This document shows, piece by piece, positions 37,571 to 46,698 of a DNA stretch of 56,115 nucleotides (positions within the stretch are counted from its first letter, which is position 1; every line of letters starts with the position of its first letter). A model generated the notes under the pieces. The model searched no databases and was not told where the DNA came from. It was given only the letters and a program-made list of their open reading frames with translations. Origin of the DNA: Calditrichia bacterium (lineage in GTDB: Bacteria > Calditrichota > Calditrichia > RBG-13-44-9 > J075); the NCBI GenBank assembly GCA_050633245.1, contig JBOEGD010000035.1, positions 1 to 56,115 on the forward strand, read 5' to 3'. The position numbers and the translations under genes were made by a program.

Positions 37571-38947
37571 ATGATAACATCTGAACACCCTGTAATTATT
37601 GTCGGTGCTGGTCCGGTAGGACTCGCAGCAGCGGCTCATTTAATAAAACGTGGTCAGCAACCATTACTTCTGGAAGCAGGAAACAAGGTTGGCGCAACAA
37701 TTCAAACATGGCGTCATGTTCGCATGTTTTCTCCCTGGAAATTAGCGCTTGATGAAGCTGCCGTCTCCATTCTTGAACCTACCGGCTGGCAAAAGCCTGA
37801 CCTCAAGAGGCTTCCTACCGGCGGAGATCTAATCGACAACTATTTACAGCCACTTGCCGAGACTGCTGAAATGCAGAAAGTTCTGCGCTACAATCATCGC
37901 GTCGTATCTGTTGGAAGAGATGGAACAGACAAGATAAAATCTGCTAATCGTGAAAAGCTTCCGTTCAAAGTTCTGGCCGATACACCCAACGGACGCGTAA
38001 CGCTTTTTGCCCGTGCGATAATCGACACCAGCGGAACCTGGAATTCACCAAATCCTGCGGGTGCAGATGGCTATCCTGCTGAAGGCGAGAAGGATGCGGA
38101 AATATCCTACGGCATCCCCGATGTGTATAAACAAGAGCGCAAACAATATGCGGGCAAGCGCACGCTGGTTATCGGCAGTGGACATTCCGCTATCAATACG
38201 CTGCTGGATCTAGCCAAACTAACGAATGAGGTTCCCGAAACAGAAATAGTCTGGGCGATTCGCCGAGATAACATGCAAAGCCTTTATGGTGGTGAAGCAA
38301 ATGATGAGCTTCCGGCACGTGGACTGTTGGGTACTCGTCTGCGCGAGCTGGTCGAAAGCAAACGTCTTACTTTGTTCACCGGTTTTTCTGCTCAAAAGAT
38401 TGTTGCAGAGCAGCAAAAAAAGACCGTTTATGGTACCGCAGGTTCTGACGGCATAATGATAGAAAATCTTGACAACATTATTGTAGCAACCGGTCAACGG
38501 CCGGACTTCTCGTTTTTGCGTGAGGTTCGGTTAAGTATCGACTCGGCTCTGGAAAGTAGCTCGACGCTCGGTCCAATGATTGACCCAAATGTGCATAGCT
38601 GCGGAACCGTTCCACCACATGGTGAAGCGGAACTGCGTCATCCTGAGCCGGGATTTTATATCGCTGGTATAAAAAGCTATGGACGTGCGCCCACATTTCT
38701 ACTGGCAACAGGCTATGAGCAGGTACGATCAATTACAGCCTTTCTATGTGGAGATGAAGAAGCAGCGCGTAATGTTCAACTCTCGCTACCGGAGACTGGT
38801 GCCTGCTGCACTGATCAACAATTTGAAGAAGAGCGTCAGGTAGTAGCCGCAACAATAGGCAGCTCTTGTTGCGGCACAACTGAAAAAGTTGAAGCGACCA
38901 GTGAAAACACGGCTGAAGCTCCGACGAAAGGCGGCTGCTGTGGTTGA
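37571..38947 (+). CDS. FAD/NAD(P)-dependent flavoprotein oxidoreductase (ArsO/FMO-like) with Cys-rich tail
   Basis: GAGPVG, GSGHSA, ATG, HSCGTVPPHG, KSYGRAPTFL..TGYEQVRS, LPETGACC...SSCC...GGCCG. Confidence 0.85.
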   Translation: MITSEHPVIIVGAGPVGLAAAAHLIKRGQQPLLLEAGNKVGATIQTWRHVRMFSPWKLALDEAAVSILEPTGWQKPDLKRLPTGGDLIDNYLQPLAETAEMQKVLRYNHRVVSVGRDGTDKIKSANREKLPFKVLADTPNGRVTLFARAIIDTSGTWNSPNPAGADGYPAEGEKDAEISYGIPDVYKQERKQYAGKRTLVIGSGHSAINTLLDLAKLTNEVPETEIVWAIRRDNMQSLYGGEANDELPARGLLGTRLRELVESKRLTLFTGFSAQKIVAEQQKKTVYGTAGSDGIMIENLDNIIVATGQRPDFSFLREVRLSIDSALESSSTLGPMIDPNVHSCGTVPPHGEAELRHPEPGFYIAGIKSYGRAPTFLLATGYEQVRSITAFLCGDEEAARNVQLSLPETGACCTDQQFEEERQVVAATIGSSCCGTTEKVEATSENTAEAPTKGGCCG

Positions 38948-38969
38948 TACAGTCTCTGCAAAGAAGATA

Positions 38970-39530
38970 ATGCCCTCCGTGGAAATGATCTGGACACAAC
39001 TTCGCAGCAGACTTTTGGCCTTTATCAATGGCCGTGTGAATAACACGGCCATTGCTGAGGATCTGCTACAAGATGTATTTCTAAAGATTCATCGGAATAT
39101 TCATACGCTGAACAATCCGGCGCGTGTCGAAAGCTGGGTCTATCAAATTGCTCGCAACACGTTGATCGACTACTACCGCAGGCAGCGCCCCGGAGACGCC
39201 CTGCCCGATGAGCTAACGGCAGATGAAGATTCGAATGCACAACTGCAACAGCGGTTAAGCGAGAGCCTTCATTTTATGTCCCTGCTGCTGCCAGAGAAAT
39301 ACCGTGAAGCAGTCATTCTCTCGGACTTTCAAAATGTACCGCAAGTTGAGGCGGCAGAACGTCTGAGCATTTCCTATAGCACGTACAAATCCCGTGTTCA
39401 GCGCGGCAGGCAAATGCTTCGCGAAATGTGGCAGGAATGCTGTCATTTTGAGTTTGATCGACGCGGCACAATTATCGACTACCATTCCAATACCTGCTCC
39501 TGTTGCGGAGATACAGACTGCGATTCTTAA
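38970..39530 (+). CDS. sigZ: ECF sigma factor, SigZ-like
   Basis: AEDLLQDVFLKI, SWVYQIARN..IDYYR, KSRVQRGR..L, C-terminal CCHFEFDRRG; start moved to MPSVE. Confidence 0.8.
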   Translation: MPSVEMIWTQLRSRLLAFINGRVNNTAIAEDLLQDVFLKIHRNIHTLNNPARVESWVYQIARNTLIDYYRRQRPGDALPDELTADEDSNAQLQQRLSESLHFMSLLLPEKYREAVILSDFQNVPQVEAAERLSISYSTYKSRVQRGRQMLREMWQECCHFEFDRRGTIIDYHSNTCSCCGDTDCDS

Positions 39531-39732
39531 CCAGAGTCAGACGAGTTGAGTTCGATCCGGAGGCAGACTGGCTCCCACCTGGTTAACCAACCAATACAGG
39601 CTTATCCTATCAAAAACTACATTCAATTATGCCAATTACATTGTGAGATAAAAGTGTCACTTTGTGTCGCTCTCGTCCATCAATTCACATCAATGCGTAA
39701 TTTGTAGTTTTTTTTGCTTTTATTCTATTATC

Positions 39733-39763
39733 TGTAAACCTTTCCTCAAACCTCTCCGTCATA
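39733..39763 (+). promoter_or_regulatory. Putative autoregulatory ECF promoter
   Basis: TGTAAAC-N17-CGTCATA about 27 nt upstream of the ECF start. Confidence 0.65.
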
Positions 39764-39789
39764 AGATTGTAACGGATCAGCAAGGACCT

Positions 39790-40368
39790 ATGGTGGAATC
39801 GGAAAAACAACTCATCGCACGCGTACACTCAGACAAGCGGGTCTTCCGCGAGGTTGTCGAGCAACACAAGCAGCAGGTATACTATCTGGCGCTGGACCTT
39901 GCCGGGAATCATGCAGATGCGCAAGACCTTTCTCAGGAAGCATTTCTGAAAGCGTATAAGGCTGTAGACAAGTTTCGCGGTGATTCCAAGCTGGGTTCCT
40001 GGCTGTATCGAATAACGGTAAACTGTTTTATTGATATGAAGCGAAAACGTCAGATTCTAACGACAAATCTGGAAGATAAACATGAAGCGGAATTCATCGG
40101 AAGCTCGAAAAGCAAACATGAATTGGCAAAACAAGAGCGCGGGCTGGAAGGAGCAATGCTCCAAAAGAATATAGAGAAGGCCTTGGCACAGCTTACGCCC
40201 CGTGAACGCTCTGTTTTTGTTCTGCGCCACTATCAGGAATTCTCGTTAAAAGAAATTGCCGGCGTTTTGAGCATTGCGGAAGGAACGGTAAAAAGCCTGC
40301 TTTTCCGCGCACTTCAGCGGCTACAAAAAGAGCTGGAATATTATCGCCCTGACATCGGGTTGGAATAG
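39790..40368 (+). CDS. ECF RNA polymerase sigma factor
   Basis: DAQDLSQEAFLKAY, SWLYRITVN, EIAGVLSIAEGTVKSLLFRALQRL; start moved to MVESE after AAGGA. Confidence 0.92.
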   Translation: MVESEKQLIARVHSDKRVFREVVEQHKQQVYYLALDLAGNHADAQDLSQEAFLKAYKAVDKFRGDSKLGSWLYRITVNCFIDMKRKRQILTTNLEDKHEAEFIGSSKSKHELAKQERGLEGAMLQKNIEKALAQLTPRERSVFVLRHYQEFSLKEIAGVLSIAEGTVKSLLFRALQRLQKELEYYRPDIGLE

Positions 40369-40376
40369 AGAAAGAT

Positions 40377-40414
40377 TGATGAATGATGATTAATAACTCA
40401 TGATTCATCATTCA
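40377..40414. repeat. Inverted heptamer-type repeats
   Basis: TGAATGATGA (40380-40389) pairs with TCATCATTCA (40405-40414), between sigma and anti-sigma. Confidence 0.65.
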
Positions 40415-40439
40415 AAAATATAATAAGACTGGTAAATAC

Positions 40440-41201
40440 ATGAAAAATTTCACTCAACAACAACGCGAAGAGCTCTTGCTTGCCGCACTTTATGAAGAGC
40501 TCAGCGAGTCAGAGCGCTCTGATTTCGAGGAGTTACTTCAAAAAGACAGCGACTTTGCAAAGAGCTACACGGATCTTCAAAAGACCGCCAGCTTTATGAG
40601 TCAGCGAGAGAAGGTTGATCCGGGTGAAGCGTTTTGGCAGGGCTATTGGGATAAATTGGAGCCACAGCTTCAGGAGACACCAACAGCAACTCGAATCATT
40701 AAGCTGCCAAACTGGGCATATCAAACCGTTGCTGCAGCGGCGATTTTGTTGCTCGGAGTTTTTATCGGACGCTCGTTTATGCAACCGCCTAGACAAGTTG
40801 TTCCAATAGATGTCGTTCAGGCCGCGGCTATCGAAGCGCGAACCGACGCCTATTTGGAGCGCTCAAAGGTGTTACTCCTCGGGCTGGTAAACATGGAACA
40901 GAAAGAGGATCTGGAAAGCCTGAATTTTCAACGTTATCAGAATGTATCTCGCAAACTGCTCAATGAAGGTGGACACCTCAAAGAAGCGTTTCAACAACCG
41001 GGTAAAGCCCGTCTAAGGCAGCTTGTGAGTGATCTGGAAATCATACTGATGCAGATTGCCAATCTGGATGCGCAGGAAGATTTCACGGCAATCGAAATGC
41101 TACAAACGGGTGTAGAACGTCGCGGCATCATGCTTAAGATCAATCTTGAAGAGATGCAACGAGACCCTGTCGAAGAGAAAAAAACAATGGAGATTTTATA
41201 A
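40440..41201 (+). CDS. Putative single-pass anti-sigma factor
   Basis: N-terminal LYEELSESERSDFEELL (degenerate ZAS without Cys), one TM, helical extracytoplasmic domain; follows the ECF gene. Confidence 0.75.
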   Translation: MKNFTQQQREELLLAALYEELSESERSDFEELLQKDSDFAKSYTDLQKTASFMSQREKVDPGEAFWQGYWDKLEPQLQETPTATRIIKLPNWAYQTVAAAAILLLGVFIGRSFMQPPRQVVPIDVVQAAAIEARTDAYLERSKVLLLGLVNMEQKEDLESLNFQRYQNVSRKLLNEGGHLKEAFQQPGKARLRQLVSDLEIILMQIANLDAQEDFTAIEMLQTGVERRGIMLKINLEEMQRDPVEEKKTMEIL

Positions 41202-42788
41202 ATGAACACGCCTTCCAGTAATATTCGAATGCGACCTGTTTTCACACTTTTACTGATAGTGGTTATGTGGTCGTCTGTAGTGGCCCAAGACAGTAAAAAG
41301 GAAAAAGAAGCAGCAGCCTACAATGCAGCATATGAAATGGTTCTGGATGAAAAGTACAACCAGGCAACCAAGGCGTTCGACAGCTTTCTGGCCAAATACC
41401 CGCGCAGCCGCTGGTCGGATGACGCCGGTTTTTGGATCTGCTTTTCCGCAGAGAAAGCAAACAATAACAAGAAAGAAGCCTACGATTGTTTTTCCGATTT
41501 CATGGAAAAGTTCAAGGGCAGCAACTTTCGCGATGACGCACGCCAAAACATGGTCCGCCTGCTAAAAGAGTTGGTCGATGCAGGTGAAGAGGAGTATCGT
41601 TCTTTGCTGCAAAAGATGCAGAAGGATGACGATGAGGAAATTGCACTTTCAGCACTTTATGCCCTCGAACGCCAAGGAAGCGATCAGGCTTTTGAAGCAG
41701 CAGCTAAATTATTTGAGCGCTCCGAGAATCCACGCGTTCGCACCAAGGTGCTGCACGTTCTAAGTGAGTTCGACTCACCTTACGTTGTAAAAAAGCTAAT
41801 TGATATTGCCAGCAAGGACAGTGATCAGTCTGTTCGTCGCAAAGCAATATATGCTCTTGGTGAGCAAGGCAGTCCGGAAGCTGTCGAAGGTTTAAAATCG
41901 ATTATCGAATCTCCGGGTGATGTGGACTTACGCAGAAAAGCGGTCTACGCACTTGGTGAAACACATAATGACAAGCTATCAGAATACCTTGGAAACATCG
42001 CGGCAAATTCGACGGAAGATCAAATTGCCAAAGTAGCTGTTCACTCACTTGCCGATCTTAATGACGACGCAGTTGAGGCGCAATTATATGAAGTATATAA
42101 AAAGTCCAAATCTTCCAACGTACGCAAAACGGTGCTGCACGCCATGGCAGACCGCGATAACTTCGATGCGGTTCCCTTTCTTAGCAATGTTGCAATGACA
42201 GATCAGGAACAAAGTCTGCGCAAGTCTGCCGTTCATGCACTCGGTGATATTGAGACCAGAGAATCCTTAAATGCTCTAAAAAAGATTTTTGATGAGAGTC
42301 AGGATCTTGATGTTCGTAAGTCAACGCTATACGCTATCAAGGAAGTGGAGACGACTGAGGCAATTGAGTTTCTAAAAGGTGTCGCAAAAAGCGATCGTAA
42401 TCATCGGCTTTCCGTTTCAGCTGTTCACGCCGTAGCAGATGCGCTGGATAACGAAAATCCTGAACTCCTGCTGGATATTTTCAAGAACACCACAAACAAC
42501 GACGTGAAAAAAGCCGTGTTATATATGATCGCAGATGCCGAAGACGAACGTGCCGTTCGCCTGCTAGGTAATATGGTGAAGAATGAGACGAGCACAGAGC
42601 TGCAAATTCTGGCGGTACGTGCACTTGGAAATACCGAACACGAATCAGCTGTTCCAGTGCTACTGGATATCATTAAGAAAAGCAACAGCCTGAAGCTGCG
42701 TAAAGAAGCAGTACGCGCACTTGGCGAAATAGATTCACCAGCTTCACAAAAAGCAATCGAAAAAATCCTAACCGACGACCTGGACTAG
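41202..42788 (+). CDS. Exported TPR (BamD-like) + HEAT-repeat protein
   Basis: Signal peptide; A..AFDSFLAKYPRSRWSDDA TPR-like segment; many R.KAV(Y/H)ALGE HEAT repeats. Confidence 0.85.
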   Translation: MNTPSSNIRMRPVFTLLLIVVMWSSVVAQDSKKEKEAAAYNAAYEMVLDEKYNQATKAFDSFLAKYPRSRWSDDAGFWICFSAEKANNNKKEAYDCFSDFMEKFKGSNFRDDARQNMVRLLKELVDAGEEEYRSLLQKMQKDDDEEIALSALYALERQGSDQAFEAAAKLFERSENPRVRTKVLHVLSEFDSPYVVKKLIDIASKDSDQSVRRKAIYALGEQGSPEAVEGLKSIIESPGDVDLRRKAVYALGETHNDKLSEYLGNIAANSTEDQIAKVAVHSLADLNDDAVEAQLYEVYKKSKSSNVRKTVLHAMADRDNFDAVPFLSNVAMTDQEQSLRKSAVHALGDIETRESLNALKKIFDESQDLDVRKSTLYAIKEVETTEAIEFLKGVAKSDRNHRLSVSAVHAVADALDNENPELLLDIFKNTTNNDVKKAVLYMIADAEDERAVRLLGNMVKNETSTELQILAVRALGNTEHESAVPVLLDIIKKSNSLKLRKEAVRALGEIDSPASQKAIEKILTDDLD

Positions 42789-42792
42789 CAGG

Positions 42793-43941
42793 ATGGAGAA
42801 GAATATGAAAACCAAGAATATATCCACAATTAAACTATTGATATTGGCAATACTATTCATCTCAAGCGTGCTGGCAGCGAAACAAAAGATTATAAAATTC
42901 GCTGGCAACAATGCATCCATGCAGGAGCGTTTCGACTGGGCTATTAACCAGGCATCTGATCTTGACGCGTATTGGGTTGGCTATCAGTTCGAACGCATGA
43001 TGAGTGAAAACAGTCAAATTGGTTCCTGGAGTTCGGACGAAGATGAGAATCGTCCAAGTCTGGCTTCGCTTCTTGGCGAGCCGGAGCCGGAACGGTTTGA
43101 AGACTGGACATTCGGTAAAACAGCTCAAATGGCGTTGCGTGGATTAATGGAGCGCCAGGGGAAAAAGGAGCCACTCAAAGTTAAGCGCAAAATAGCCATT
43201 CTATTGCGCTACCAACGCCACAGTTCAACACCGCGCGAGCTGGCCACCGTAGACATCAGCAATACGTTTCTTCGCGTAGAGTTAAAGGGCAAGCCGCTTT
43301 ATTGGCTGGGAGACTGCACTCAGGAACAAAGCCTGGGTTTACTAAAACAAGCAATGGAAGAAGATCCCACCAACAAAAGACGCGAAGAGCTTGTAACCGC
43401 TTTTGCAATGCACAGTGAATTGCCTCAGCTGGAGACCGAACTACATACTATCGCGACTCAGGATAAAAGTGATGATGTGCGCGAGAATGCCGTCTTCTGG
43501 ATGGGGCAACTCGATTCCCCGAAAGCGCTTGGCCTGTTAAAAAAGATAGTTGAAGAAGACAGATCCGGTGATGTGCGTGAAAAGGCGGTGTTCAGTATCA
43601 GCCAAATGCACAGCGAGGAAGCACTCAACACATTGATTTCCCTGGCAAAGACGCATCGTGACCCAGAAGTCCGGGAAAAAGCCATATTCTGGCTAAGCCA
43701 GAAGGCATCCAGCAAAGCCGCTGAGACGCTGGAAGAAATCACCTACTCTGCCGACGAGATAGAGGTTAAGGAAAAAGCAGTCTTTGCCCTTTCCCAAAGG
43801 GATGATGATCAGGCCGTTCCCAAATTAATAGAAATCGCGCGCGAGCATCCGTCCAATCAAATCAGACGCAAGGCTATTTTTTGGCTTGGACAATCTGAAG
43901 ATCCGCGCGCTGTCGAAGCATTAATTGATCTGGCAAAGTAA
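42793..43941 (+). CDS. Exported HEAT-repeat protein
   Basis: Signal peptide (start may be 42805); five VREKA(V/I)F.L.Q-type repeats. Confidence 0.85.
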   Translation: MEKNMKTKNISTIKLLILAILFISSVLAAKQKIIKFAGNNASMQERFDWAINQASDLDAYWVGYQFERMMSENSQIGSWSSDEDENRPSLASLLGEPEPERFEDWTFGKTAQMALRGLMERQGKKEPLKVKRKIAILLRYQRHSSTPRELATVDISNTFLRVELKGKPLYWLGDCTQEQSLGLLKQAMEEDPTNKRREELVTAFAMHSELPQLETELHTIATQDKSDDVRENAVFWMGQLDSPKALGLLKKIVEEDRSGDVREKAVFSISQMHSEEALNTLISLAKTHRDPEVREKAIFWLSQKASSKAAETLEEITYSADEIEVKEKAVFALSQRDDDQAVPKLIEIAREHPSNQIRRKAIFWLGQSEDPRAVEALIDLAK

Positions 43942-43995
43942 CTATTTGCAATTTTTTACGAATACCATAGAAGACACTTGTAGAAAGGTAAAAAA

Positions 43996-44847
43996 ATGAA
44001 GAGTTCAAAAGTTACTATCGGTCTTTTTTTGCTGCTACTGGCAATCCTAAGTAGCTGCGCAGGTACTGAAGATGCCCCGGCAGACAGCATCAGTTTTAAA
44101 GATGGTTTGACCTCAAGTCAATATCAAAAGTTGATTCACGACATGCACGAGAACGGCGAGATATTCGACGAGGAAGACCTCGAACGCCTTGCGGAGCTGG
44201 AGTCCGTAATGCATGAGCTCCACAACGGCAAACTGGCTGAACTTGAAGAGCATATGGAAGAATTGCACCATACGCATCTAGCCGATTTGGAAGAACGAAT
44301 GGAGCATATGGAGCCATTTATTTCTGCAGAAGTAGAGGAACACATGGCAGAAATGCACGAGGCCCTGGAGGCAATTGATATCGACATTGAAATCCCTCCA
44401 ATTCCGCACATCCCCCCGCTTCCGCATATACCGTCATTTCACGGCTCTATGACAATTAACAGCGATCGGCCATTTTCTGTTGGAGGCCGGTTTTATGCAC
44501 CGGCATCTCATCGCGAACTAAAGCGCCTTTTTCCAGGTATAGAAGAAGATGAGGTGTTGAAACTTCAAGCAATGATTGCACTAACCCGCCAGTCTGCTCA
44601 AACGGCTGTCCCGACGCTTAGCAAGATTGCTAAAAAGGGCAAAACTCCGGCTCAACGCTATCAGGCTGTTGCTCTTTTGGCTCATTATATGAAAAAAGAT
44701 GAATCGATTGTTCCACTCCTTGGAGAGATTGCATTTGAGGACGACAACATCAATGTCCGGAAACGTGCAGTATTGATTCTTGGAAAGTGTGGCGATGACC
44801 GGGCGATACCAATACTCGAAAACCTGATAAAAAAAGGCAGTGAATAG
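43996..44847 (+). CDS. Lipoprotein with His/Glu/Met-rich helix, Pro-rich linker and HEAT repeats
   Basis: Lipobox LSSC; EEHMEELHHTHL; IPPIPHIPPLPHIP; VRKRAVLILG. Confidence 0.8.
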   Translation: MKSSKVTIGLFLLLLAILSSCAGTEDAPADSISFKDGLTSSQYQKLIHDMHENGEIFDEEDLERLAELESVMHELHNGKLAELEEHMEELHHTHLADLEERMEHMEPFISAEVEEHMAEMHEALEAIDIDIEIPPIPHIPPLPHIPSFHGSMTINSDRPFSVGGRFYAPASHRELKRLFPGIEEDEVLKLQAMIALTRQSAQTAVPTLSKIAKKGKTPAQRYQAVALLAHYMKKDESIVPLLGEIAFEDDNINVRKRAVLILGKCGDDRAIPILENLIKKGSE

Positions 44848-45006
44848 CCCCTGCTTGTGATTTCTGTATTTTGACGCTTCATATTTTTCCAATATCTTTC
44901 ATCCAAATTGCCATTTCCGGCGTATAAAAGTAATAAAAATGCTAACCGAGGCCATGGGTAGTTACTACTTCCCATGGCTTCAGGATGATTGATAGAAGGA
45001 GAATAC

Positions 45007-45711
45007 ATGAAAAAACTACCTATATTTATTGCTGCCTCTTTTGGCGGTATTTCCCCTAATTTACTTCGCCTCGCGGTTTCACTAATGAAGGAAGAGGCCG
45101 AACTTCCAGGTCTGACCTATGCCCTTGGTCTGCTGATCTTTGCATTAATGGGTGGAGTTGTCGCCTACATTTGGGAAGAGACAGATCTCAAAAAAGCGTT
45201 TTATCTTGGCATTGGCCTCCCGGCACTTATTCAGATGGGAGCTGGAGAAATCAGCAAGAAGCCGGTTGCCTTTAATCAACCCACGCCTATAACTGAACCC
45301 TTTGCTGCACAACAAAACAGCATGCAGATTCTGCCGGCTGTATTCTTTCAAGACTCTGAGCGCCAAAAACAGCAGCCTGTGAAACGAGAGATGAAAAACC
45401 TCACCCTTAAGATGAATAAGCGACAGGCAGCTATTACGGTATATATTTACGGTTCAGGAGAAGGCTCAATGAAAGAAGAACGCGTCCGCTTCAGGCTGCG
45501 GGAAACTGAAAAAACAATTGAGATCCCCGCAAATGCTGCTGCAATGCAGGTTCAAATCGGCGACGTGAAGAGCAACAAATGGAACTTTCCTGCAAGCAAT
45601 AAACTTAACTGTACCGTGACAATTGAAGAAAACGTTTGGCGCGGACTTTTTCAGGCTTTTGGCTTTCGCACGAACAGTGTTGTAGAAATTAAGATCAGCG
45701 GCAGTAAATAA
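45007..45711 (+). CDS. Hypothetical protein, N-terminal three TM segments + beta-rich C-terminal domain
   Basis: AAGGAG RBS before MKKLP; hydrophobic segments in the first ~80 aa. Confidence 0.75.
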   Translation: MKKLPIFIAASFGGISPNLLRLAVSLMKEEAELPGLTYALGLLIFALMGGVVAYIWEETDLKKAFYLGIGLPALIQMGAGEISKKPVAFNQPTPITEPFAAQQNSMQILPAVFFQDSERQKQQPVKREMKNLTLKMNKRQAAITVYIYGSGEGSMKEERVRFRLRETEKTIEIPANAAAMQVQIGDVKSNKWNFPASNKLNCTVTIEENVWRGLFQAFGFRTNSVVEIKISGSK

Positions 45712-45721
45712 TGTTCTCTTC

Positions 45722-45745
45722 CGGAGGCTGCAAATGCAGCCTCCG
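45722..45745. other. GC-rich intergenic hairpin
   Basis: CGGAGGCTGCA-AA-TGCAGCCTCCG; only a weak T tail. Confidence 0.6.
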
Positions 45746-45783
45746 AAGTTTCTCACACTTATTGGCTTGCGGGAGGCAAACCG

Positions 45784-46698
45784 GTGAAAAACGCCTACAA
45801 AAACCTTTCCATTTTCAAATGCGTTCACGAAGCCCATCGCGGTTTTGAAAACCAGATGTCGGTACACCACATTCTCAATAAAAAAGGCTGCTTTCCGCAT
45901 GGTTGTTTTCATTTCAAGCTGGAATGTAAGCTATTCAAGCAGGGAAAGCCCTGTTATCGTGGTTATAAAAAGATGGGCAAAAATTGCAATGGTTGTCGCC
46001 ACTTCTATGATGAGAAGATATACAATCGCTCGGAGCTACAAATCTCTGAGGAAGCATACAAAGAGTTTCAGAGTGAATTAGACGAGTTTGAAGACTGGTT
46101 AGAAGATCATAAAAACCGCGAGCACGAGATCAATGGAAAGATCGACGGGGTAAAACCACTCTTTCGCAAACGTGCCTATCACAATGGCGAGAGCTTTAGC
46201 TTCAACGGCTTTTTGCTGATTTTTCGCAATATGTTTATTGGCTTAACGCATATGGAAGATTTTGTTTACGCTCGTGTTTCAGCGAAGACCTACGCTACGC
46301 TAAAGCTTGGTAGGGGTGATGTAGTTGATGCAAAAGCAACTCTCACGCTCGATAATGGTCGACTGGTGATGAAGCGCTTGCGACGCATTGATGTTGAAGA
46401 TCGCGGTGAGCCGCCAATTTGGAACGAGTCTTCGGCATTGGTAGCGCGAGAAAGCACAACGCAGATACCACATCAACCGGAAGGCTGCGTAAAATGTCCA
46501 TTTGGTGCACTTGTCGATGTAGAGGATTTCAAGCATGACGAGACAAAGAATTATCGTCAGCTATACTGCTTGCAGGGCGTGAAGGACTACCGAATCTGTC
46601 CGGTTTATCATACCTACAGTGAGTTGAAGGAAGAAAAAAGAGGTAAGTCTGCGCGGGTCGCATCGTGCATGACAACCCGCGTCAATATTCAAATATAG
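45784..46698 (+). CDS. Cys-rich hypothetical protein (putative metal-binding, possible OB fold)
   Basis: GTG start after GGGAGG; 12 Cys including CNGC and CVKC. Confidence 0.78.
   Translation: MKNAYKNLSIFKCVHEAHRGFENQMSVHHILNKKGCFPHGCFHFKLECKLFKQGKPCYRGYKKMGKNCNGCRHFYDEKIYNRSELQISEEAYKEFQSELDEFEDWLEDHKNREHEINGKIDGVKPLFRKRAYHNGESFSFNGFLLIFRNMFIGLTHMEDFVYARVSAKTYATLKLGRGDVVDAKATLTLDNGRLVMKRLRRIDVEDRGEPPIWNESSALVARESTTQIPHQPEGCVKCPFGALVDVEDFKHDETKNYRQLYCLQGVKDYRICPVYHTYSELKEEKRGKSARVASCMTTRVNIQI

Noticed and set aside
38945-38947. TGA after GGCCG as a selenocysteine codon
   Set aside because: A Cys-rich end is a natural terminus for this family, read-through would overlap the sigZ start, and no SECIS-like hairpin was recognised
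39664-39789. Cys-containing N-terminal extension of the ECF sigma in the ORF track
   Set aside because: This stretch holds the ECF promoter; the ATG at 39790 has an RBS and gives a typical ECF length
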